The notes below the pieces were generated by a model. It was not told the DNA's origin and did no database searches. It worked only from the letters and a program-made list of their open reading frames with translations. From positions 96,001-160,000 of the forward strand of contig JBGSVZ010000092.1 in assembly GCA_041752695.1 (NCBI GenBank): a stretch of 64,000 nt of DNA, given 5' to 3'. Position 1 is the first letter of the stretch; every line of letters starts with the position of its first letter. The stretch is from Terrimicrobiaceae bacterium. GTDB taxonomy: Bacteria > Verrucomicrobiota > Verrucomicrobiia > Chthoniobacterales > Terrimicrobiaceae. This document shows positions 25,676 through 34,300 of this stretch, one piece after another. The position numbers were made by a program, and so were the translations under genes.

Positions 25676-25974
25676 GTGCTTCAATTTTCGTTCGATAAAT
25701 CTATTGGGTAGGAGCCGGTTCGAGGGAGGAGCGAGAGTTGCTCACTCCCCCGCAGTCGACGGCCTGCATAAAACAAAACGCCCGAGCCTCCCGTGGCGAT
25801 GTGAAAATCACAGTTTTGACCGGATTTTTTCAAAAAAGGGCACGGAATCGATCTCTTCTCCCCCGAATCTTCACGATGGAGGCCCCGTAGCCTCAGTCAT
25901 GGTGTGCGAAGTATTATCTTTTCTTATAACTTGACCCTTCTCAGTAGCGGTTTTTTTGATATTCTTTTGTCCTC

Positions 25975-27387
25975 ATGATCTCATCGCCCGTCTCTCCCTC
26001 CGATACTCACCGAGTTGAAACCGACACCATGGGCCCGATTGCTGTCCCGCATGATCGCTACTGGGGGGCGCAGACGGCGCGTTCGCTCATTCATTTTGAC
26101 ATCGGCGACGACGTCAAGCCGCCGGAACTGATCAAGGCCCTCGGGGTTCTGAAGAAGTCCTGCGCCCTGGCCAACCGGGATCTCGGAAAACTCTCCGTCG
26201 AAAAGTGCGACCTCATTTCCCAGGCCGCCGACGAGGTCATCGCCGGAAAACTCGACGATCATTTTCCCCTGCGCATCTGGCAGACCGGGAGCGGCACACA
26301 GAGCAACATGAACGCCAACGAAGTCATCTCGAACCGCGCCATCGAGATCGCGGGTGGGGTGAAGGGATCCAAGACGCCCGTCCATCCCAACGACGACGTG
26401 AACATGTCGCAGTCCTCCAACGATACTTTCCCCACCGCGATGAACATCGCCGCCGCCTGTGTGGTGGTGGAGCGTTTGCTTCCCTCCGTGCGCAAGCTGC
26501 GCGACACGCTGGACGCCAAGGCCAAGGCATTTTCCGACATCGTGAAAATCGGCCGCACCCATTTGCAGGACGCGACCCCGCTCACGCTTGGTCAGGAATT
26601 TTCCGGCTGGGTCACTCTCCTCGACGAAGACATGAAGCGCGTCGAGCTTTCCCTGCCGGGCCTCTATTCCACGGCCATCGGTGGCACAGCGGTCGGCACG
26701 GGATTGAACTCGCATCCAGAATTCGGCGACCGCGCCGCGGCGCACATGGCGGCAATCACCGGACTCCCCTTCGTGGCGGCGCCGAACAAATTTGCTGCGC
26801 TCTCCGCGCACAATGAATTTGTCTTTGCCAGCGGGGCGCTCAAGAGCCTGGCGTGTTCATTGATGAAAATTGCCAACGACATCCGCTGGCTGGCCTCGGG
26901 TCCGCGCTGCGGCCTGGGCGAACTGACCATTCCGGAAAACGAACCCGGCTCCTCCATCATGCCCGGCAAGGTGAATCCCACCCAGTGCGAGTCGATCACC
27001 ATGATCGCCGTCCAAGTGATGGGAAATGACGCCGCCATTGGCTTCGCCGGGTCGCAGGGCAACTTCGAGCTGAACGTCTTCAAGCCGGTCATCATTTTCA
27101 ACTTCCTCAACTCCGCCCGCCTCCTGGCCGACGGCTGCGAATCCTTCGACGAACATTGCGCCAAGGGCATCGAACCCAACCGCGAAAAAATTGCCGAATA
27201 CGTGAAGACCTCGCTGATGCTCGTCACCGCGCTCAACCCGCATATCGGCTACGACAAGGCGGCCCAGATCGCCAAGAAAGCGCACAAGGAACGAACGGGT
27301 CTCAAGGACGCCGCGATTGCGCTCGGCCATCTCACCTCGGAGCAGTTCGATGAGTGGGTGAAGGCCGAGGAAATGACGCACCCCTGA
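25975..27387 (+). CDS. fumC: Class II fumarate hydratase
   Basis: [22 protein letters not shown] and [15 protein letters not shown]. Confidence 0.98.
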   Translation: MISSPVSPSDTHRVETDTMGPIAVPHDRYWGAQTARSLIHFDIGDDVKPPELIKALGVLKKSCALANRDLGKLSVEKCDLISQAADEVIAGKLDDHFPLRIWQTGSGTQSNMNANEVISNRAIEIAGGVKGSKTPVHPNDDVNMSQSSNDTFPTAMNIAAACVVVERLLPSVRKLRDTLDAKAKAFSDIVKIGRTHLQDATPLTLGQEFSGWVTLLDEDMKRVELSLPGLYSTAIGGTAVGTGLNSHPEFGDRAAAHMAAITGLPFVAAPNKFAALSAHNEFVFASGALKSLACSLMKIANDIRWLASGPRCGLGELTIPENEPGSSIMPGKVNPTQCESITMIAVQVMGNDAAIGFAGSQGNFELNVFKPVIIFNFLNSARLLADGCESFDEHCAKGIEPNREKIAEYVKTSLMLVTALNPHIGYDKAAQIAKKAHKERTGLKDAAIALGHLTSEQFDEWVKAEEMTHP

Positions 27388-27405
27388 GGGAGGGGCTTTG
27401 CCCGT

Positions 27406-27447
27406 AACGCCGAACGTTGAACGCCGAACTCTCAACGCTGAAGTTTC
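27406..27447 (+). repeat. Degenerate heptamer tandem repeat (AACGCYG-like, 6 units)
   Basis: AACGCCG AACGTTG AACGCCG AACTCTC AACGCTG AAGTTTC, just after the fumC stop. Confidence 0.8.
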
Positions 27448-27589
27448 GGAATTGAATTCTCCACGTCGTTGTGGTGGGGCGCGTGACTCTGGCGGAGAGG
27501 GTCGCTTCTCCAAGCGGCAATATATCAATGTTAAATGGCAGCCCCCTTCGCGCTCGCCAATTTGGATCACGTCTGTTACGCCACGCTAA

Positions 27590-28069
27590 ATGAAGCGTTT
27601 CATCCTCCTCGCCTCCATACTTTCAACGTCCGCGGTAGCGCAAGAACCCGTAACCAATACTGCCGCTCCAATCGTTGCCGTAGACCCAATCTCACCCGCC
27701 GAGGCGCAGAAACGATTTGTGGCTCAAATAAAGGCCGACATCAAACGGGCCGAAGTGGAGATCGAGGCACCCCATAAGAATGTAGACCCTGAGGGTAAAA
27801 CCAACACCTACTTGGCGGAATACGATGGCAAGCTCGAATACGACATCAAAAAAACCGATTCCATCGTTTCACCATACACCGGTATTGCCGTGTGGGACGT
27901 GAAGTGGTCCCTCAACGGGCGTGATACTGGGATTCGAATGAGCTTTGTAGGAACCTACTCCTATCAAGATGGAGCGTGGGTTTTCAAAGGGCTCAAGCGC
28001 CGAGCTTATAACGAGGATGGGTCACCACATGACATGCCGGCGGATGAATATGTAGAAGCCTTCCAGTGA
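27590..28069 (+). CDS. Hypothetical exported protein
   Basis: Signal peptide MKRFILLASILSTSAVA; YDIKKTDSIVSPYTG..YSYQDGAW; inside the accessory island. Confidence 0.78.
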   Translation: MKRFILLASILSTSAVAQEPVTNTAAPIVAVDPISPAEAQKRFVAQIKADIKRAEVEIEAPHKNVDPEGKTNTYLAEYDGKLEYDIKKTDSIVSPYTGIAVWDVKWSLNGRDTGIRMSFVGTYSYQDGAWVFKGLKRRAYNEDGSPHDMPADEYVEAFQ

Positions 28070-28488
28070 GTGAAACCTTGTTCGGCATACTTGGAATTCT
28101 CCTTGGCGCGTGGTTGGGGCATCGCTTCGATCTTGGTCGAAGTCGACTTCTAAAGCGAGAGTCGGATATTAAGGCCGAGCAAGTCACGTTTTTACCGATG
28201 ATCGAGGAGTCCAGGCAGAAGCTCACGAGCGGGCAGCCGTTATCGAACTGGAGAAAGCTCAAACCCAACATCAACGACGCAGCCAGACGTTTTCGTCTGT
28301 TCCTTCTGCCACGGCGACAAAAAACCTTCGATCTGATTTGGCAGGAACTTGCGACCCTCAAGGATTCCGATCTTCTGAACGTCAAAGGAACATGGTTCGG
28401 CCCGGAAGAAGAGAAGGAGTTGGTGGCCACTCAAATGAAGTTGATAGACAAATTAGGTCGGCTCTACGAATCCGTTGAGCGCTGCTAG
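28066..28488 (+). CDS. Hypothetical protein with an N-terminal TM anchor
   Basis: GTG start overlaps the upstream stop (GTGA); LFGILGILLGAWLG anchor followed by a helical domain. Confidence 0.7.
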   Translation: MSETLFGILGILLGAWLGHRFDLGRSRLLKRESDIKAEQVTFLPMIEESRQKLTSGQPLSNWRKLKPNINDAARRFRLFLLPRRQKTFDLIWQELATLKDSDLLNVKGTWFGPEEEKELVATQMKLIDKLGRLYESVERC

Positions 28489-29693
28489 ATGAGGTCGTCC
28501 AACATCTCGGGTAAGTCGGCAAGATCGTCATGGTGCATGAGGATCACGCCAGTCGCATTGGCGAGCTTCTTTGCCGAGGGCGTGTAGGTCTGGTTGGTGA
28601 CAACGACCGCGTGGTCAACCTCGTAGAAAAGTCGGGCGGCGGACACCTCTTGCACGGCTTTATTCCCTACTGGTTGCCCGTAGAGCTTGCATTGGACCAC
28701 GACGGTGGTCCCATCCTTCTCCGCAATCACGTCCGCACCTTGGTCGCCGCTGCCGGTGGTTCGCCTCGCCTTCCATCCATCGTTTTCGAGGAGTTCCGCG
28801 CAGTGGGCTTCGTATTCGTAGGGATTGGTGGGCACCTCCTTGCCACCCACCCGGGACTCGATGACGGTGTCGAACCCGTCCAGCATTTCGACAGTGAAGT
28901 AAACCTTACTCACGGCCCCAGAGAGGCTTTTCGTCACGAAGCTCCCAGCTTCCCCTTTATCTTCCTGTGCAAACCGCCGGAGTTCATTCAGCAAGTATTT
29001 GTCGAAGTATGCCCGGAGTTCCTTGTCCCAAGCTGTGGTATCTACCGCGCCATAATCATCCACAGTCCGCAGGATTTTCCGTTTCCGGGCCAGCGTTTTC
29101 ACGTGCTCTGGGGGCATCCGTTCAAGAACCTGCTGGGCAATAGCATTGATGAGAGGCATCCGCTTTTGGCGTTCCGTCTCCTGGGCAGCCATCAGTTCAG
29201 TAAGAGTCATCTTGCGGCGGGTGAAGAACGCCTTTTTGAGCATGTAGATAAGCAAGAGGGCGACTAGAGTGATGAATATGATGCTGCCGAGGTCTAAGGC
29301 CGACCACCAGCCCCGGTCCACCACTCTGGCGGCGGACGTAGAGACGGCAGCAGGTTGCGGGTAGGCGGCGGGTGCGAGCGTGGTAGCTGGCTTGAGTGTG
29401 GGTTCAGGAGTTGAGGCCGGCGTTGGTGTCGGCGTAGGGGTTGGTGTCGGCTCCTCGCCTACGAAAACGGTGGTGTTTACCCATCCCTCGGCGGTCCCAT
29501 TTTTCACGAAGGCTTTGCCGCCTTTCCTCTCGGACACTGTAACCGGGGTTCCTGCCTTGATTGCTACCTCCCCCACTTTTTTCCCGTCTATGACGAGCGG
29601 CAATCTAATGTCCTGATTGATGATCGGTCTGTCTTGGGCAAGGGCCGACCCGGCAACCAGAAGCATTGCTACTAGAGCCAAAGGGAATCTCAT
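28485..29693 (-). CDS. Membrane-anchored Mrr-like (PD-(D/E)xK) restriction endonuclease
   Basis: Signal peptide, SH3-like segment, PT-rich linker and TM helix, then YEAHCAELL..GSGDQGADVIAEK..VVQCKLY..VGNKAVQEV..VTNQTYTPSAKKLA. Confidence 0.9.
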   Translation of the reverse strand: MRFPLALVAMLLVAGSALAQDRPIINQDIRLPLVIDGKKVGEVAIKAGTPVTVSERKGGKAFVKNGTAEGWVNTTVFVGEEPTPTPTPTPTPASTPEPTLKPATTLAPAAYPQPAAVSTSAARVVDRGWWSALDLGSIIFITLVALLLIYMLKKAFFTRRKMTLTELMAAQETERQKRMPLINAIAQQVLERMPPEHVKTLARKRKILRTVDDYGAVDTTAWDKELRAYFDKYLLNELRRFAQEDKGEAGSFVTKSLSGAVSKVYFTVEMLDGFDTVIESRVGGKEVPTNPYEYEAHCAELLENDGWKARRTTGSGDQGADVIAEKDGTTVVVQCKLYGQPVGNKAVQEVSAARLFYEVDHAVVVTNQTYTPSAKKLANATGVILMHHDDLADLPEMLDDLI

Positions 29694-30029
29694 GGGACCC
29701 GTCTAACAAGAAACCCCTCAGGCGGCAAAAATTTCCTCCGGTCCTTGAGCGAGAGGGGAGAGGGCACTACTGTCCAAAACAGGAGTGAAAAAGGTCGCCT
29801 TGCGGGGTAAAAATGAGAAAGGGAGAGAGGGGGTAGCTATTCAATATTGACATCGTTCGAGGAAACGAGTCGGTCCGTGTATGCGGTGCGCCAGCACCGC
29901 CAACAACGACCAATGAGCTCGGGTTAAGCCCGGGGGTCAGTCAACAAATCCTGACAGAAAGCTTCGTCATGAGTAGCGGATTTCCTAATTATCGATCGCG
30001 GCGGGCGATTCGTTTTTTCAGTGGAACAG

Positions 30030-30533
30030 CTAATGGCGCATGAATTTTCGGACAATTTCTCTCGGCTTCGCGATCAAGAGAGAATCACCGTCAACACTGC
30101 AATCCTTGAGAAGCTTTTGCAGTCGCCCGCTGTGTTGCGCGTCGAGCATGTGATTGTCGCTACTCAATAAAATTGTAGCTCCAATCAAAGCCGCTTCTGC
30201 GATGATGAAAGAATCGTTTTCCTCCTCTTCAGGCAAAAGACTCTGGGCACGCAACTTGAAGCCAATTTGTTCGACGATTCCATGCCCGGCGGGAATGAGG
30301 TTGAGCGGTTGATACCCTCGGACAAGCATGTTCTCAAGAACCCCTTTCGCTGTAGCTCGTTTCTCTGGGCGGCTGCCCTCGATGGCAGCGTAAGCCAGTT
30401 CGTGGAGAACCGTTGGAGTGACAATGAATCGCACGCCCTTGATCCGTTCCCGGATTGTCCCGAGAGCGTCCAAAACGTCCTCGCTCCTCAGTTCTTCATC
30501 AAGAAGGACATTCGTATCAACTGCGATGAACAC
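30030..30533 (-). CDS. PIN-domain toxin (VapC-like)
   Basis: From GTG 30533: VFIAVDTNVLLD..TPTVLHEL..ENDSFIIAEAA..LLSSDNH. Confidence 0.85.
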   Translation of the reverse strand: MFIAVDTNVLLDEELRSEDVLDALGTIRERIKGVRFIVTPTVLHELAYAAIEGSRPEKRATAKGVLENMLVRGYQPLNLIPAGHGIVEQIGFKLRAQSLLPEEEENDSFIIAEAALIGATILLSSDNHMLDAQHSGRLQKLLKDCSVDGDSLLIAKPREIVRKFMRH

Positions 30534-30690
30534 GCACGGCCTGCGACTGCCCATCGCGATAAATCATTGCCATGGCCGCTCCCATCAAGGATTGACGTTG
30601 AGAATCGGATAGCTTGTTCGCTTTTGCGCGAATTTCTTCCGCCATCCGGGTTCCCTTGGTAGCCTTCTCGTGCTTTTTGTTTTCGGCCAT
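30517..30690 (-). CDS. Putative small antitoxin (57 aa)
   Basis: MAENKKHEKATKGTRMAEEIRAKANKLSDSQRQSLMGAAMAMIYRDG...; overlaps the PIN gene start by 17 nt. Confidence 0.6.
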   Translation of the reverse strand: MAENKKHEKATKGTRMAEEIRAKANKLSDSQRQSLMGAAMAMIYRDGQSQAVRVHRS

Positions 30691-30881
30691 GATCGTTCTC
30701 GTAAGCTGCCATGTGCGGCAGGTGTCTGCATTTGTATGACACCTGAATACTCGCACATTGTGCGGAAAAAAACAAAAATTCGCCGACAGGCCATTGTCTG
30801 GCGGCGAATTTGGACGGGCAACTCTCCTCCAAAGGTGCAGGAATTGCTCCAGGCCATACGAAAATGTTTCCCGATCTTGGA

Positions 30882-31115
30882 CGCACCAACGGTGCGGGAA
30901 TGCCATAGCCCAGCCCGGCAGGGCTGGGTTTATAGGAGCAGCGGAAGGCAGCCTGAAGGGCCGCGATAGGGCTGCATTTCCTGCGTCACCCATGGGGAAT
31001 TGGCAGCGTGGATCCACCTTCCGTTCCTTCCATCGCAGCCTTTCAGGCCGCCTTCCTTCCAGGCCAGAGACCTGGGCCTTCGACCCAGGCTGTGGGATGA
31101 CGGGCCTTCGGCCCT
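30882..31115. repeat. REPIN/MITE-like multi-hairpin element
   Basis: Short hairpins CGCACC-aac-GGTGCG, CCCAGCCC-ggca-GGGCTGGG, CCTGGG..CCCAGG and GGGCC-ttc-GGCCC flank a 25-bp inverted pair (GGAAGGCAGCCTGAAGGGCCGCGAT / ATCGCAGCCTTTCAGGCCGCCTTCC). Confidence 0.7.
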
Positions 31116-31348
31116 CACGCCATACCTTACCGAGGTTCAATCGCACCCCATTCAAGGGCATTCCCGGGCGGTTCCTTGACGGACGCCTAAAAATTCCCCG
31201 ACGCCGCATTTTTCGAATGACACATTGCGGTCATGGAATGAAAGTTGCTACCTGTCCTCCGCGGCACACCCGTCGCGAAGCCAACCGGAACATTATTTTG
31301 GGAAAAACCACCTGCATGAAGACCGCCTGCCAACCTCGCTCCGACGCG

Positions 31349-34300
31349 ATGCCAAATCTTTACGATCCCGCTCACGAACACGATTCGTGCGGGGTGGGAT
31401 TTGTGGCGCAGGTCAGCGGCCGGCGTTCAAATCGCATCTTGCGCATCGGTCTGCGCTCCATCTGCAATCTCATGCACCGCGGCGCCCTGGATGCCGATGC
31501 CAAGACTGGGGATGGCGCGGGCGTTATGACGCAGATTCCCTACAAACTCTTTGTGCCCGAAGTCACCCGGCTGGGACACACGCTGTATCAGGAGAGTGAC
31601 CTCGCGGTGGGCGTGATGTTTTTGCCCCACGACAACGCCTACTCCCAGGCGCGGGCCAAGGCGATCACCCAGGATGTGCTGGAAAAACGCGGGCTGTTTC
31701 TTTTCGGCTGGCGCGAGGTGCCGATCAATATCCGCGTGCTCGGGGAAAAGGCCCAGACGACGATGCCGCGCATCGAACAGGTCCTCATCGGCAAACCGTG
31801 GGGCATGGCGGACGATGACTATGAACGGCGTTTATTCCTCGCCCGCAATGAAATCGAGGACATTGCCGCGGCGGACAAGATCCACAATTTTTACATCCCG
31901 TCCTTCTCGCACCGGACGATCATTTACAAGGGCCTCCTCGTTTCGTCCTCGCTGGAGAAATTTTATCCCGACCTTTCGAACCCCGATTACGAGACGGCGA
32001 TTTGCGTTTATCATCAGCGGTATAGCACGAACACATTCCCGAAATGGCCGCTCGCGCAGCCTGTCCGCATGATGGCCCACAACGGTGAGATCAACACCGT
32101 GAAAGGCAATCGCAACTGGTCTAGCGCCCGCGAAGCCGAACTACGCGCCGATTTCTGGGGCAACGATATCGACTTGCTCAAGCCGATCATTCAGCCCGGT
32201 GGTTCGGATTCTTCCAGTCTTGATAACGTGCTTGAGGTGCTGACCATGAGCGGCCGGAGCATCCTGCACTCCATGACCATGCTGGTTCCCCCGGCCTGGC
32301 GATCCGACAAAAACCTTCCCCAGGAAATTGCCGATTTTTACGAATACCACCGTTGCATCTGCGAACCTTGGGACGGCCCGGCTGCGCTTTGTTTTACGGA
32401 TGGTCTTACGGTTGGTGCGTCGCTCGATCGCAATGGTTTGCGTCCCGCGCGCTACAAGCTCACGGAGGATGGCGTATTTGTGCTCGGCTCCGAGGTTGGC
32501 ATTGCCGGTCTCGACCTGCGCTCCATGGTGGAAATGGGCCGCCTGGCGCCCGGCGAGATGATTGCCGTCGATACGGTCGGGGGCAGGGTGCTGCGCGACC
32601 GCGACATCAAGTCGGCGCTGGCTGCCCGCAAGCCGTATGGCGAATGGCTCCGGAAAAACATGATCAATTTCGATCACGCGGATGAAAAGAGCGTGTCTGT
32701 CCCCACGGGCGAACTTGACATCCTGACGCTCACGCAGCGTCAGATTGCCTTCGGCTATTCCAGCGAGGAGCTCGACATGATTTTGAAGCCCATGTTCAAG
32801 GACGGGGCTGAAGCGGTGGGTTCGATGGGAGATGACGCGCCGCTGGCGGTCCTCTCGCTAAAGCCGCGTCTGCTGTACACGTATTTTAAACAGCTCTTTG
32901 CCCAGGTCACCAATCCGCCGATCGATCCCATCCGCGAGAAGCTGGTCATGTCGCTCCATACCGTGCTCGGCTGGCGTCGCAATCTGCTTTCGGAAACTGC
33001 GGACCACTGTCGTCAGGTCATGCTCGAAAGCCCGATCCTTCTCGACTGCGAAGTGGAAAAACTCAAGGCCATCGGGGGCGAGTTTCCGGCGGAAACGATT
33101 TCCTGCCTGTGGCCGGCGGCCGAGGGCAAGGCGGGACTGGCGGGCGCTATCAAACGCATTTGTCAGGATGTCGAGGCGGCGGTGGACCGCGACGTCCGCA
33201 TCATCATTCTCTCCGATCGCGGGGTGGACCACACCAGCGTGGCTGCTCCGATGCTGCTCGTGATGGGTGCGGTGCACCACCATTTGCGCCGCGTGGGCAA
33301 GCGGATGAAGGCAAGCATGATTTGTGAATCCGCGGAGGCCCGCGACGTGCATCAGATTGCCTGTCTGATTGGGTATGGCGCGAGTTGTGTGAATCCTTAT
33401 CTCGCCTTCGAGACACTACGTGAGCTGATTGAGAAAGGGAAAGTCGAGGTCGATTTCGCCAAGGCGGCGATCAATTACAAAAAGGCTCTCGAAAACGGCC
33501 TGCTCAAGATCATGTCCAAGATGGGCATCTCTGTGGTCAGCAGCTATCGGGGCGCGCAGGTCTTTGAGGCCATCGGGATCAGCACGGCGCTGGTGGACGA
33601 ATGTTTCACGGGGACGACTACGCAGATCGAAGGCCTGGGGTACGCGGAGATTGCGGCCGAAAGCCTTGCCCGCCACGACATGGCCTACGGCAACGCCGTT
33701 CCCGTCGAAGCGGGCAAGCTGGAGGATCCGGGATATTATCGCAATCGCCGCGGGGGCGAGTTGCACGTCGTCACCCCGCCCGTGCTGCAGAACTTTCACA
33801 CTTTCGTCGGCATTAAGGGCATGGATAAAGCCGGCAAGGCGGAGGACTACAAAAAATACGTCGATGCGGTGCTGGCCAACCGCCCCCATTCGCTCCGCAA
33901 TCTTCTCGATCTTGTCGCCTTGCCGTCGGGCCCCGTGCCGATCGAAGAGGTTGAGCCCGTCGAAGACATCCGCCGCCGTTTCACCACGGCCGGCATGTCT
34001 CTGGGAGCGCTCAGTCCCGAAGCCCATGAAACCCTGGCCATCGCGATGAACCGCATCGGAGGCAAATCCAACAGCGGCGAGGGTGGGGAAGATCCCTTGC
34101 GTTTCAAGCGGCGCGATGATGGCGACTGGGCCAACAGCGCGATCAAACAAATTGCGAGCGGGCGGTTTGGTGTGACTGCCGCCTACCTCGCCAGCGCCAA
34201 GGAAATTGAAATCAAGATGGCTCAGGGCGCGAAGCCCGGTGAGGGCGGTCAGTTGCCCGGTCACAAAGTGAGCTTGTATATCGCGGGTCTGCGTCATGCC

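Noticed and set aside
27406..27447. Heptamer arrays as a CRISPR array
   Set aside because: The units are 7 bp with no unique spacers, and there are no cas genes.
27460..27560. Possible tRNA gene
   Set aside because: Only a 13-nt 3'-end-like match; no T-loop (GTTCGA) or cloverleaf at the right spacing.
29400..29452. Repetitive GGTGTCGGCGTAGGGGTT-like tract
   Set aside because: It simply encodes the Pro-Thr linker of the Mrr-like protein.
29701..29707. GTTAGAC (minus strand) before the Mrr-like gene as an integron core site
   Set aside because: No attC follows the gene, and the motif fits better as the -10 box of a TTGCCG-17-TAGACG promoter.
30758..31348. 197-aa N-terminal extension of the second gltB in the ORF track
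   Set aside because: It runs through the palindromic repeat element. GltB homology begins near the EHDSCGVGF propeptide.
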